Assembly (NCBI GenBank): GCA_051959055.1
Contig: JBQCFO010000051.1
Coordinates: 1-50,284, forward strand
DNA from: Ginsengibacter sp.
GTDB taxonomy: Bacteria; Bacteroidota; Bacteroidia; Chitinophagales; Chitinophagaceae
Reading direction: 5' to 3'
Length of the DNA stretch: 50,284 nt
Shown here: in pieces, positions 39,476 to 50,284 of the stretch
Layout: every line of letters begins with the position of its first letter
Position numbering within the stretch: the stretch's first letter is position 1
Translations under genes and position numbers: made by a program
Notes under the pieces: generated by a model
The model's input: only the letters and a program-made list of their open reading frames with translations
The model's database searches: none
What the model was told of the DNA's origin: nothing

Positions 39476-40963
39476 TTACACCTGGTGCAAAATATTCTGA
39501 TCTTTTGTTGGTAATAAAGAATATCCCATCAGGTATTCATCTACTTTTCTTGCACATTCTCTTCCTTCTGAAATGGCCCAAACAACCAATGATTGTCCAC
39601 GACGCATATCACCGGCAGAAAATATTTTTGAAATATTGGTATGAAATTCTTTTTCCGATGCTTTTACATTTCCTCTTTCATCCAGTTCAATATCAAGTTG
39701 ATTCAATAAACCTTCGTGTTGCGGATGTACAAACCCCATGGCCAGAAATGCACGTTCACAAGGAATTTCTGATTCGCTTCCCGGTACTTCCACAAATTGA
39801 GCTGGTTTATTTTCTTCTGTAAATTTCCATTGAAGATCTACAATTTTTAAAGCTTTCAAATTTCCATTTTCATCACCAATAAATTCTTTTGTAGCAATCG
39901 CCCAATGGCGGTTTGCGCCTTCTTCATGGGAGCTGGTAGTCTTTAAAATCATCGGGTAAGTAGGCCACGGCATAAAAGGCGTGCGGCTTTTTGGCGGCAT
40001 AGGCATCAGTTCAAATTGTGTAACAGATGCTGCTTTCTGCCGGTTGGAAGTACCGACGCAATCGCTTCCGGTATCACCACCACCAATTACCACTACATTT
40101 TTTCCGGTTGCCAGAATATCGGCCTCACCCCGGCCCTCTCCAAAGGAGAGGGGGAAGGCAACTCTTTTATTTTGTTGTTTTAAAAAATCCATTGCAAAAT
40201 GAATTCCTTTCAGTTCTCTTCCGGGAATGTTCAGGTTTCTTGGAATCGTAGAGCCACCTGCGAGAATAATTGCATGATATTCTCTCAAAAGATCGTTGAT
40301 ACTCACATTTTCACCTACATTGGCATTGCATTTTATTTCTATGCCTTCTTCTTTCATGATGTTTATTCTTCTTTCCACCACCCATTTTTCCAATTTGAAA
40401 TCGGGAATTCCATAACGCAATAATCCTCCGGGTTCATCATCTCTTTCAAAAATCGTAACCGAATGTCCGGCAGAATTTAATTGGGCGGCAGCTGCCATTC
40501 CGGCCGGGCCGGAACCTATGATTGCAATCTTTTTTCCGGTTCTTACATTTGGAATTTTCGCTTGCACAAAGCCACTTTCAAACGCAATTTCGATAATATT
40601 TTTTTCTATTTCTTAAATCTTAATTGCCGGTTGATTGATGCCTAAAACACAAGAGGATTCACAGGGTGCCGGACAAATTCTTCCGGTGAATTCAGGAAAA
40701 TTATTAGTCGAAGAAAGTATTTCATAAGCTTCCTGCCAGCTTTTGCGATATACCGCATCATTGAATTCAGGTATTAGATTTCCAACCGGGCAACCCTCAT
40801 GGCAAAACGGAGTACCACAATCCATACATCTTGCTGATTGCTGATTGAGTTTTTCGTCGGTATATCTTTGAACGAATTCTTTGTAATCGTTGATCCTTTC
40901 CTGCACCGGACGTTTGTGCGGAAGTTCTCTTGTAAATTCTAAAAAGCCGGTTGTTTTTCCCAT
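39476..40963 (-). pseudogene. gltD: Glutamate synthase small subunit, one in-frame TAA at 40615-40613 (possibly a sequence error)
   Basis: [47 protein letters not shown]. Both ORF pieces share a frame: PAIKI*EIEKNIIE. Confidence 0.92.
40123..40158. repeat. REP-like palindrome inside gltD
   Basis: CCTCACCCCGG-CCCTCTCC-AAA-GGAGAGGG-GGAAGG, perfect 8-bp stem 40134-40152. Confidence 0.75.
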
Positions 40964-40964
40964 C

Positions 40965-40996
40965 TCAATAATTTAATAATCGAATAATTTAATAAT
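40965..40996. repeat. Octamer tandem repeat (nnAATAAT)x4 between gltB and gltD
   Basis: tcaataat ttaataat cgaataat ttaataat. Confidence 0.7.
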
Positions 40997-43900
40997 CAAT
41001 TTACTTTAATTGATTCTTTGACTGCTGAGCTTTGCAATACTTTTTTATAATCCTGCGGAAATACCTTTACAAAATTCTTTAACTGATTTTCAAAATCATT
41101 CAAAATAAATTTCGCAACAGTACTTCCCGTCAATTCAAATTGTTTTTTTATCATTTCGTGCAGAAATTTTTCATCACTTTCATCCACGGGATCAAGATCA
41201 ACCATTTCTTTATTGCACAATATTTCAAAGTTGTGGTTTACATCATATACATAAGCGATTCCACCACTCATTCCGGCTGCAAAGTTTCTTCCTGTTTCTC
41301 CAAGAATAATGGCACGGCCACCCGTCATATATTCGCAGCCATGATCCCCAACGCCTTCTACTACTACGTTTGCACCCGAATTACGCACACAAAAACGCTC
41401 ACCAGCTTTTCCTCTTACAAACGCTTCACCTGATGTGGCGCCATAAAATGCCACATTTCCGATAATGATATTTTCTTCGGGTACAAAGCCGGCGGCTTTT
41501 GAAGGATACACAATGATTTTTGCACCACTTAATCCTTTTCCAAAATAATCATTTGCATCGCCTTCCAGTTCCATCGTTACACCTTTTGCATTGAATGCTG
41601 CAAAACTTTGCCCGGCAGTTCCGGTAAATTTAAAATGAATCGTATCGTCCGGCAGACCGTATTTTTTATACTTCCTGGAAATTTCATTCGATAAAAGCGT
41701 CCCGGTTGTTCTGTCGGTATTTATAATATTGAATGAAGCGTTTACCTTTTCCTGCCGTTCCAACGCCGGCTGAGCAACCTTTAATAACTGATTATCCAGG
41801 ATCTCATCCAAACCATGATCCTGTTTTTCTGAATTGAACAAGCCAACAGATTTAGAAGCGGGTTCTTTATACAAAATCGGAGAAAGATTTAGTTTATTGA
41901 ATTTCCAATGGCTGATATTTTCTCTTTTTTCCAAAAATTCTGCCTGGCCGACCATTTCATTAATGGTTCTGAAACCCAGATCAGCCATGATTTCTCTTAA
42001 TTCCTGCGTTAAAAATTTGAAGAGGTTTACCACATGATCCGCATCGCCGGTAAATCTTTTTCTCAATTCAGCATCCTGAGTGGCAACGCCAACGGGGCAA
42101 GTGTTCAGATGACATTTACGCATCATGATACAACCTTCCACGATCAATGCCGCCGTTGCTACGCCCCATTCTTCAGCCCCTAGTAAAGTTGCAATCGCAA
42201 TGTCTCTACCGGTTTTCAATTGTCCATCAGTTTGAACAACCACCCGGCTGCGCAATTTATTTTTTACCAATGTCTGGTGCGTTTCTGCGAGCCCTAATTC
42301 CCAGGGTAATCCTGCATGTTTTATAGAACTCATTGGTGAGGCACCGGTACCACCGTCATGGCCTGAAATCAACACCACATCCGCTTTTGCTTTTGTAACG
42401 CCCGCAGCAATAGTTCCTACGCCAGCTTTGGAAACCAGTTTCACATTAATCCTTGCATTTCTATTTGCATTTTTTAAATCAAAAATCAATTGCGCCAAAT
42501 CTTCAATGGAATAAATATCATGATGCGGGGGCGGAGAAATTAATCCAACTCCAGGCGTAGCATGGCGCACTCTTCCAATCCAGTCATCTACTTTGAATCC
42601 GGGCAACTGGCCACCTTCTCCCGGTTTTGCACCCTGTGCCATTTTTATTTGTAACTCATCAGCTTCAGTCAAATACCAGCTCGTTACCCCAAATCTTGCG
42701 GAAGCAACTTGCTTGATTGCGCTTCGCATTGAATCACCATTTTCTAGTGATTCATACCTGATTTCATCTTCTCCACCTTCACCGGTATTGCTTTTTCCGC
42801 CAAGCCGGTTCATAGCAATGGCAAGTGTGGTATGGGCTTCCCATGAAATAGAACCAAAGGACATGGCGCCGGTTGCGAATCTTTTATAAATATTTTCAGC
42901 CGCTTCCACTTCCTCAATCGGAATGGAAGGACGGTTCTTTTTAAACTGAAATAAACTTCTTAATGTTGCCGCTTTTTCACTTTGGTCATTTACAGCTTTA
43001 GAATATTTTTTAAATATTTTATAATCATTCATTCTGGTAGCATGTTGCAGCAAATGAATGGTTGTTGGGTTGAATAAATGGAACTCGCCTTTGCGTCTCC
43101 ATTTGTAAATGCCCCCCACTGTAAGACGATCAAAAGGGACATCTTTTTTACTGAAAGAAAAAGAATGTTTTACCAGAGTTTCTTTATCAATTTCATCAAG
43201 ACCCATTCCTTCAATCCTTGATGTAGCGCCGGTAAAATATTTGTCAATTACAGATTGATTGATACCGATTATTTCAAAGATTTGAGCTCCCTGGTAGGAC
43301 TGAAATGTTGAAATTCCCATCTTTGAAAACACTTTCAGTAAACCAAGATTTATGGCTTTTTTGTAATTTTTCTTCAGTGCGTTTGAGTCTAATTCAGTAC
43401 CCAGCTTTCCCTGGATTCTCAAGTCACGGATAGTAGAAAGGGCGAGGTATGGATTGATAGCCGTTGCTCCAAAACCAATGAGGCACGCAAAATGATGCAC
43501 TTCCCAAACATCGCCGGCTTCGATAATTAAGCCCACCTGGTTGCGAAGGCCTTTTTTAATCAAATGATGATGCACTGCGGAACAAGCAAGTAAAGAAGGA
43601 ATCGCGGCGTGTTCAGAATCAATTGCCCTGTCTGACAGAATCAACACTTCAAATCCGTCCTGAACGGCTTCTGCGGCATGACGGCATAAACGCTCGATTC
43701 CTTTTTGCAGAGATCCTGGTTTTCCATCTGCAAGAAAATAAGTTTGCAAAGTATGGGCCTGGAAAATTCCTGTATCTATACTTCTTATTTTTTCTAATTC
43801 GGTGTTGGAAAGTACCGGATGTTTCAGTGCAACTGTATGGCATGACAAAGGATCTTCTTCTAAGAGATTTCCATTATTACCAACAAAAGTTGCCAGCGAC

Positions 43901-45513
43901 ATTACTAATTTTTCCCTGATGGGATCGATTGGAGGATTCGTAACCTGCGCAAAAAGTTGTTTGAAATAACTGCTTAAATGTTGCGGTTCATCGCTTAAAA
44001 CAGCCAGTGGAACATCACTTCCCATGGAACCAATCGGTTCTTTTCCGGTAAGTGCCATTGGCGAAATTAAAAGCTCCAGATCTTCTGTTGTATAACCGAA
44101 GGCTTTTTGATATTTAAATATCTGATCGTGCTCCAGGTGCGTAAACATCACGCGCGGAGCAGGTAATTCTTCTAATCTGATTTTATATTTATTCAGCCAT
44201 TCTGCATAAGGTTTTTCTGAGCAGATTTTTTCTTTTATTTCATCATCACTGATGATCCTTCCTTCTTCCAAATCCACTACAAACATTTTTCCCGGTTGCA
44301 ATCTTCCTTTTTCTTTTACCAGTTTTGGATCAACCGGAAGAACGCCGGTTTCGGAAGCCATGATAACCCGGTCGTCTGTTGTAATGCAATACCGTGAAGG
44401 ACGCAAACCATTTCTGTCTAATGTAGCACCAATGATTTTTCCATCGGTAAATGAAATAGAAGCAGGCCCATCCCACGGCTCCATGAAAGAAGCATGAAAT
44501 TCATAAAACGCTTTTTTTACCGGATCCATTTGTTCATTATCGTCCCATGCTTCAGGAATCAACATCATCATTACATGAGGCAATGAACGGCCGCATAAAT
44601 GCAGCAACTCAATTACATTATCGAGGCAGGCAGAATCAGATTGTCCACCATCAACAATTGGCAAAACCATTTCCATTTCTTCTTTTGTAAAAAACTGGGA
44701 AATGAAATTCTTTTCGCTGGTGCGAAGCCAGTTCAGGTTTCCCTGCAACGTATTGATTTCACCATTGTGTGCGATATAACGAAACGGTTGAGCCAGCTTC
44801 CAGGAAGGAAAAGTGTTTGTCGCAAAACGGGAATGAATTAAACCAAAAGCAGAAACAATTTTTTTATTACTTAAATCCGGAAAATACCCGCGAAGTTGTT
44901 TGCTCGTCAGTTGGCCTTTATAAATAGTAGTTTTATAAGAAAGAGATGCTACGTAAAAACCAATCGCGTCTTTTTTTACGGTATTATTAATTGTTTTTGT
45001 AGCATAATTTCTTAATACAAATAATTTTCTTTCAAACTCATCCGGATTATTGATGTGGTCCGGACATGCGATGAAAACCTGCTCCATTTCAGGTTCTACA
45101 GACAAAGCAGTGCGCCCAATATCTTCAGTGTTTACGGGCACTCTGCGGTAGCCCATGATTTCCATTCCTAGTGTTTCTGCACAACGGTTAAAGATATCAC
45201 GGCATTCTTCCCTCAACCGAATTTCTTTTGGAAAAAACAAAACGCCTACGCCGTATTTTCCATAGGAAGGCAAATGAATTCCCAGTTTCAAACATTCATC
45301 AAAGAAAAATTCATGAGGAGTTTGAATCAAAATTCCTGCGCCATCGCCGGTGTTTGCCTCGCAACCGCAAGCACCGCGGTGCTCCATATTTTCTAAAATG
45401 GTGAGCGCGTCTGATACAATCCGATGGCTTTTATTACTTTTAATATTTGCGACAAAACCGATACCGCATGAGTCGTGTTCAAATTGCGGTGAGTATAAAC
45501 CTTTGTTTTCCAT
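40996..45513 (-). CDS. gltB: Glutamate synthase large subunit
   Basis: [46 protein letters not shown] domain. Confidence 0.98.
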   Translation of the reverse strand: MENKGLYSPQFEHDSCGIGFVANIKSNKSHRIVSDALTILENMEHRGACGCEANTGDGAGILIQTPHEFFFDECLKLGIHLPSYGKYGVGVLFFPKEIRLREECRDIFNRCAETLGMEIMGYRRVPVNTEDIGRTALSVEPEMEQVFIACPDHINNPDEFERKLFVLRNYATKTINNTVKKDAIGFYVASLSYKTTIYKGQLTSKQLRGYFPDLSNKKIVSAFGLIHSRFATNTFPSWKLAQPFRYIAHNGEINTLQGNLNWLRTSEKNFISQFFTKEEMEMVLPIVDGGQSDSACLDNVIELLHLCGRSLPHVMMMLIPEAWDDNEQMDPVKKAFYEFHASFMEPWDGPASISFTDGKIIGATLDRNGLRPSRYCITTDDRVIMASETGVLPVDPKLVKEKGRLQPGKMFVVDLEEGRIISDDEIKEKICSEKPYAEWLNKYKIRLEELPAPRVMFTHLEHDQIFKYQKAFGYTTEDLELLISPMALTGKEPIGSMGSDVPLAVLSDEPQHLSSYFKQLFAQVTNPPIDPIREKLVMSLATFVGNNGNLLEEDPLSCHTVALKHPVLSNTELEKIRSIDTGIFQAHTLQTYFLADGKPGSLQKGIERLCRHAAEAVQDGFEVLILSDRAIDSEHAAIPSLLACSAVHHHLIKKGLRNQVGLIIEAGDVWEVHHFACLIGFGATAINPYLALSTIRDLRIQGKLGTELDSNALKKNYKKAINLGLLKVFSKMGISTFQSYQGAQIFEIIGINQSVIDKYFTGATSRIEGMGLDEIDKETLVKHSFSFSKKDVPFDRLTVGGIYKWRRKGEFHLFNPTTIHLLQHATRMNDYKIFKKYSKAVNDQSEKAATLRSLFQFKKNRPSIPIEEVEAAENIYKRFATGAMSFGSISWEAHTTLAIAMNRLGGKSNTGEGGEDEIRYESLENGDSMRSAIKQVASARFGVTSWYLTEADELQIKMAQGAKPGEGGQLPGFKVDDWIGRVRHATPGVGLISPPPHHDIYSIEDLAQLIFDLKNANRNARINVKLVSKAGVGTIAAGVTKAKADVVLISGHDGGTGASPMSSIKHAGLPWELGLAETHQTLVKNKLRSRVVVQTDGQLKTGRDIAIATLLGAEEWGVATAALIVEGCIMMRKCHLNTCPVGVATQDAELRKRFTGDADHVVNLFKFLTQELREIMADLGFRTINEMVGQAEFLEKRENISHWKFNKLNLSPILYKEPASKSVGLFNSEKQDHGLDEILDNQLLKVAQPALERQEKVNASFNIINTDRTTGTLLSNEISRKYKKYGLPDDTIHFKFTGTAGQSFAAFNAKGVTMELEGDANDYFGKGLSGAKIIVYPSKAAGFVPEENIIIGNVAFYGATSGEAFVRGKAGERFCVRNSGANVVVEGVGDHGCEYMTGGRAIILGETGRNFAAGMSGGIAYVYDVNHNFEILCNKEMVDLDPVDESDEKFLHEMIKKQFELTGSTVAKFILNDFENQLKNFVKVFPQDYKKVLQSSAVKESIKVN

Positions 45514-46314
45514 AATTATCCTTTAAATTATCACATCTTCGTATTGCCCTAAAGATATTCAATACTATTTAATACCGTTTTTCTACAAGCCGATGCTGTT
45601 GAAAATAAATTTAAAAACCCGGTGAAATAAATTAAATATATATATTGGTTCTACAATTTACAAGTGAATACAGCAGCCATCAAATGCACGACAGCAAAGG
45701 GTTTTAGAAAAAATGTATTACAGTTTCCAAATTTGTGTGAAAAATCAAAATTTAGATTTGATTTAAATAAAATGGAGAATTTTAAACAAATATTTGTCTG
45801 TAGAATGGCACTACCAGGGTTTCCAAAAAATGATTAGACTACCAAATGCCAAATAAAAAGAAAATAGAATTGTGTGTTATTTGTTCTTTTACTGCATGAG
45901 TTTCTTCCGTGTGAAAACGGAGGTTTTACTTGTAAGATTTCCCGGGTTAACTATACAAATAAGGAAAACTTTATTTTGTTTTTTATTTTTTAGTTTCTTT
46001 CTCATTTACCTGGTAATATATGAATCAAACTTTATTACCTTTTGTTCTTTTGTTTCCGTATTGTTGACGAAGCGCCATTTTTTCTACCATACTTATTGTT
46101 TTACCCTTTCGTTTCAGAACCTTGAACAAAAGGGCTCAGAACGCCCATACAAAAAAATATTAGTTTAAAATCTATACTTATAAATTTTATCACAGCGGCA
46201 AAATTTATTAAGATAGTAAGCATCTTTTTGTATTTTAAAAATTTAAATAATAAAAAATTGGTGTAAGTAAATTTTCTCCTATTTTTGTAACGGTGTTTTT
46301 CATAGGTTAGCAAC

Positions 46315-46344
46315 GGCCAGCTCTTTTTAGGGCAGGCCTTTTTT
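46315..46344 (+). terminator. Intrinsic terminator-like hairpin
   Basis: GGCC-a-GCTCT-tttt-AGGGC-a-GGCC followed by T6. Confidence 0.55.
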
Positions 46345-46439
46345 ATCTGTATTCGATATTATATAATTATGAACAATTTTTTTACCAAGTTTACGTATTG
46401 TATTAATCTAATTTAATTCAAAAAATTTATTTTTGCCCG

Positions 46440-46481
46440 ATGATGCTTCTCTGGATCAATATTATCAGAAAACCAACCTAA
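46440..46481 (+). CDS. Candidate leader peptide MMLLWINIIRKPT upstream of tnaA
   Basis: 13-codon Trp-containing ORF starting 4 nt after a TATTTTTG -7 box (46428-46435). Confidence 0.35.
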   Translation: MMLLWINIIRKPT

Positions 46482-46592
46482 AGTCTGCATTCCATTTAAG
46501 GTGTTTGTCTTATTTTTTTAATCAGGAACCTTTTTCTAAATATAAGTATAAACTGCCCAATCGAAAAGCTTCTTCAAAAAATTACGAAAACA

Positions 46593-47966
46593 ATGCAGAC
46601 GATTATAGAACCATTCAAAATAAAATCAGTAGAACCGATCCATTTCACCACAAGGGAACAAAGAATTAAAATATTAAAAAAAGCATCCTATAATCCATTT
46701 TTAATTCATGCGGATGATGTGTTAATTGATTTGCTGACTGATAGCGGTACAAGCGCTATGAGTAGCGCGCAGTGGGCCGGCATTATGATGGGTGATGAAT
46801 CTTATGCCGGAAGCAATAGCTTTTTCCGGTTTGAAAAAACCATTCAGGAGCTAACCGGAATGCCGGTTGTCATTCCAACTCACCAGGGACGTGCAGCAGA
46901 AAAAATTTTATTTTCTGTAATCGGAGGAAAAGGCAAATTTGTAGTAAGCAATACATTATTTGATACAACCCGCGCTAATATTGAGTTTTCCGGTGCAGAA
47001 GGAATCGATTTATTGTGTAATGAAGGAAAAATTCCATCGGTACCCGCGCCTTTTAAAGGGAATATGGACATTGTGGCTTTTGAAAATTTTATTAAAGAAA
47101 AAGGTGCAGAAAATATTCCACTTTGTATGATAACCGTTACCAATAATTCTGGTGGCGGACAGCCCGTGAGCATGCACAATATAAAAGAGGTAAAATCTAT
47201 TTGCCAAAAAAATAAAATTCCTTTGTTTATTGATGCATGCCGTTTTGCAGAAAATTCTTATTTTATAAAAAAGCGTGAAGAAGGGTATGCAAACATTCCA
47301 ATTCCCGAAATTGCCCGTGAATTATTTTCTTACGCGGATGGATGCACGATGAGCGCGAAAAAAGATGCCTTTGCAAACATCGGCGGTTTTATTGCATTGC
47401 GAAATGAAGAACTGGCAATTCAATGCAGAAATTTATTGATTATTACAGAAGGATTTACAACTTACGGAGGACTGGCGGGAAGAGATTTGGAAGCCATTTC
47501 AATCGGGTTAAAAGAAGTGATGGAAGAAAATTATTTGCAATACCGTATTCGTAGTATTGAATATCTTACCGAAAAATTAATAGCTGCAGATGTTCCGGTA
47601 ATGCAGCCTGCCGGGGGACATGCTGTCTATCTGGATGCTAAGGCAATGCTGCCCCACATCCCTTCAGACCAATATCCGGGACAGGCTTTAGTGGCGGCTT
47701 TGTATGCCCAGGGAGGTGTAAGAGGAGTTGAAATTGGTTCATTAATGTTTGGAAAATACGATGAAAATGGGAAATTAATTCCTGCCGTAATGGAGCTTGT
47801 ACGGCTGGCCATTCCTCGTCGCGTATATACACAAAGCCACATAGATTACGTAGCGGAAGTAATTATTGATGTATATAAAAACCGTGAAAAAATAAAAGGA
47901 TTGCAGATAGAATATGAGGCGCCTTCGCTAAGACATTTCACGGTAAAAATGAAGGAAATTGAATGA
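46593..47966 (+). CDS. tnaA: Tryptophanase
   Basis: IDLLTDSGT, HQGRAAE, MSAKKD (TPL typically has SGKKD), RLAIPRRVYT. Confidence 0.9.
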   Translation: MQTIIEPFKIKSVEPIHFTTREQRIKILKKASYNPFLIHADDVLIDLLTDSGTSAMSSAQWAGIMMGDESYAGSNSFFRFEKTIQELTGMPVVIPTHQGRAAEKILFSVIGGKGKFVVSNTLFDTTRANIEFSGAEGIDLLCNEGKIPSVPAPFKGNMDIVAFENFIKEKGAENIPLCMITVTNNSGGGQPVSMHNIKEVKSICQKNKIPLFIDACRFAENSYFIKKREEGYANIPIPEIARELFSYADGCTMSAKKDAFANIGGFIALRNEELAIQCRNLLIITEGFTTYGGLAGRDLEAISIGLKEVMEENYLQYRIRSIEYLTEKLIAADVPVMQPAGGHAVYLDAKAMLPHIPSDQYPGQALVAALYAQGGVRGVEIGSLMFGKYDENGKLIPAVMELVRLAIPRRVYTQSHIDYVAEVIIDVYKNREKIKGLQIEYEAPSLRHFTVKMKEIE

Positions 47967-47993
47967 TTTTATTATTTTAAAAAAATTATTTGG

Positions 47994-48392
47994 ATGAGAA
48001 AAGTTGTATTAAGATTTTCAGCAGTATTTATGCTTTTATTAGGCCTGGTAACCCTGTTTTTTTCTTTGTCCTTCATCTTTAATTTATTCCAGATTCGCAA
48101 GCCCGGAGATCATTATGTTTTATTTGTGTTGATTGGTAGTTTTATTTGCTCAATTATTTATTTGTTTGCTGCTTATGGATTTCTTAAAGAAGACAGAAGA
48201 ACAACTTTTGCTTTATTCATTGCTGCAAGTATCCTAATCATTTCCTTCATTGGTTTGTTGGTTCACATTATGATGGGAGGCTTATATGAATTGATTATTA
48301 TCAAATCGCTTCTGATACGCACTTTCATCACAATTGTGTTTGTTACCATCTCCTGGAATTACCTGATAAAGCACGAAATGGTGATTTCGTAA
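47994..48392 (+). CDS. Hypothetical four-TM membrane protein
   Basis: Four hydrophobic segments. Confidence 0.7.
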   Translation: MRKVVLRFSAVFMLLLGLVTLFFSLSFIFNLFQIRKPGDHYVLFVLIGSFICSIIYLFAAYGFLKEDRRTTFALFIAASILIISFIGLLVHIMMGGLYELIIIKSLLIRTFITIVFVTISWNYLIKHEMVIS

Positions 48393-48513
48393 ACCTCTTT
48401 TAAAATGCAGAATCTTCATCTGTCAAGAAAGATTTTTCTCTGGTTTGCTTCTACTTTCTTTTGCCTCCTGGTACTTTCTGGTTCCTTCTATTCATTTTTT
48501 ATTAATTTGCTGA

Positions 48514-49593
48514 ATGCCTGTTGAAAAAACTGATATTGAGAATTTTCTAACGCTTTCTCTAAAATATCCGGTACTGGATGTAAGGAGCCCCGCAGAATAT
48601 CTTCATGCGCACATTCCAGGCGCTTTTTCTGTTCCTGTTTTTACCGATGAGCAAAGGGCTATAATCGGCACCGCTTATGTGCAGCAAAACCGGCAAATAG
48701 CAGTTGATTATGGATTGAATTATTTTTCTGAAAGAATGAAAATAATTCCGGGTGAGGCACTGAACGTTTTGAATCACTTTAATAAAGAAAGCAGTTCATC
48801 ACCAAATACTTTTTTAATTCATTGCTGGCGCGGGGGAATGAGAAGTGATGCTGTTGCGTGGCTTTTAAATCTTTATGGTTATAAAATTTACCTGCTTAAA
48901 GGAGGCTACAAAGCATTCCGGAAATGGGCTTTTATGCAATTTGAAAAAAAATATTGTTTAAAAATTTTAGGAGGTTTTACCGGATCAGGAAAGACAGAGA
49001 TTCTTAAAGAATTAAAGCAGGAAGGCAGAACAGTAATAGATCTGGAACGGCTTGCAAATCACAGAGGCTCTGCCTTTGGCGCGTTGGGCGAAAACAGGCA
49101 GCCATCGCATGAAATGTTTGAAAATATGCTTGCACTGGAACTATGGAAAATATCGCAACAGCAGGATAACGGAAATGCACACACGAAAATCAACCCGTCT
49201 GAAATATGGCTTGAAGACGAAAGCATTCATATTGGCAGGGTGGGTATTCCGAAAACTTTCTGGCAGCAAATGCGAAATAGCCCTTTATATTTTTTAGACA
49301 TTCCTTTTGAAGAAAGAGTAAAATATATCGCGAATCATTATGGCTCTTTTGATAAAGAAGAAATAATTGCCTGTATTCTAAAAATACAAAAAAGATTGGG
49401 AGGTTTAAATACAAAAAATGCCATTCAGTTTTTAAATGAAGACAACGCAACAGAATCATTTGGTATCCTATTGAAATATTATGATGAAATGTATACAGAA
49501 AGTTTGCAAAACCGGCCAGGAATTGCACAGTTATTAACGAAAATAAATTGTTGCAGCGTGGATCCTTCAAATGCCGGTCGTTTAACCGGATAA
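48514..49593 (+). CDS. mnmH: tRNA 2-selenouridine synthase
   Basis: DVRSPAEY..HIPGA, CWRGGMRS rhodanese, GGFTGSGKT P-loop, DLE.LA.HRGSAFG, EDES. Confidence 0.93.
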   Translation: MPVEKTDIENFLTLSLKYPVLDVRSPAEYLHAHIPGAFSVPVFTDEQRAIIGTAYVQQNRQIAVDYGLNYFSERMKIIPGEALNVLNHFNKESSSSPNTFLIHCWRGGMRSDAVAWLLNLYGYKIYLLKGGYKAFRKWAFMQFEKKYCLKILGGFTGSGKTEILKELKQEGRTVIDLERLANHRGSAFGALGENRQPSHEMFENMLALELWKISQQQDNGNAHTKINPSEIWLEDESIHIGRVGIPKTFWQQMRNSPLYFLDIPFEERVKYIANHYGSFDKEEIIACILKIQKRLGGLNTKNAIQFLNEDNATESFGILLKYYDEMYTESLQNRPGIAQLLTKINCCSVDPSNAGRLTG

Positions 49594-49670
49594 TAATAAT
49601 TTGCCATGAAATAATTTATAAAACTAATTTTGCCAGACAAATAAAAAACTTTGAAAAATTAACGAAGATC

Positions 49671-50284
49671 ATGCGGTTTAAAACCAACATACCACAGCTA
49701 CGCATGAAGTTTTTGCTGATCGCTTTTATCTTTCCATTTTATACATCTTCTCAGAATTTGTCAGGGGTATGGATTGGTACTATGTACAACGACACCACCC
49801 GGCAAAATATTCACTACGAACTGGCTATAAATGAACTGCATAGCAAAGTAGATGGATATTCACATACTACTTTCATAATAGATGGAATTAAAAATATTGG
49901 AGTCAAAGAGGTGAAGATTAAAATGAAGAACGATCAATTTTATATTGTTGATGAAAAATTTGTTTATAACAATTACTCTGAGCCTCCTGCCAAAGGAGTG
50001 AAGATGTCATCCGATTTAATTTTATCAGAAAATGACAGCGCCGAAGTTTTGAGTGGAAGCTGGAAAACCAATGCCACCAAGTTTTACAGGCCCCTTACCG
50101 GCACACTTTTTTTGGAAAAGAAAAAGAAAGTAAACCCGGAGGAAACGATAATTGTTGCAAAACTTATTCAGTTAGGACTCTCAGATAATCTTTCATTTTT
50201 AAATACCAGTACTGCTTCAAAAATAATGGCTATCAATAACAAGCCTCCTTCTCCTGAAAAAAATATATCAACCGGAATATAGTC
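49671..50284 (+). CDS. Hypothetical secreted protein, 3' truncated by window
   Basis: Signal peptide followed by QNLSGVWIG. ORF open to the window end. Confidence 0.65.

Noticed and set aside
10021-40615. TAA reassigned to a sense codon
   Set aside because: Many intact genes in the window end at TAA at the expected positions; only two internal cases.
45872-46313. 98-aa and 70-aa ORFs between gltB and tnaA
   Set aside because: Low-complexity F/K-rich translations of AT-rich DNA with no family signal.
46593-47966. Tyrosine phenol-lyase as alternative call
   Set aside because: The PLP motif SAKKD fits tryptophanase better, though not proven without a phylogeny.

Overview
A ~50 kb stretch of AT-rich Bacteroidota chromosome (Chitinophagaceae-like by inference: TAnnTTTG -7 promoter boxes, gene content). 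It is mostly housekeeping and stress genes: queA 5' end, uvrA, nth, Ku plus LigD phosphoesterase, dnaX, adk, msrB, mlaEFD, gltBD, tnaA, mnmH. It also holds two type II toxin-antitoxin pairs and an ~11 kb low-oxygen/NO module (Rrf2, DUF59, DUF2249 proteins, RIC with three DUF2249 repeats, FixL-like PAS kinase plus Crp-type response regulator, nirK-nirV-sco). The most unusual locus is 4014-4731. There, a lone 81-aa GIY-YIG nuclease gene lies between two truncated copies of promoter + tRNA-Arg(CCT). Each copy carries a related 27-nt GC-rich insert at the same D-loop position and ends at the T-loop, and the intact tRNA follows. No integrase or transposase is present. Other points of note: a palindromic repeat translated in-frame inside gltD, a regulatory architecture shared by nirK and a hypothetical gene, a candidate Trp leader peptide before tnaA, and a repeat/stem in the queA leader. 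In-frame stops in uvrA and gltD coincide with apparent G>T/C>A substitutions and may be sequencing artefacts. All assignments come from motif recognition by eye; no searches were run.
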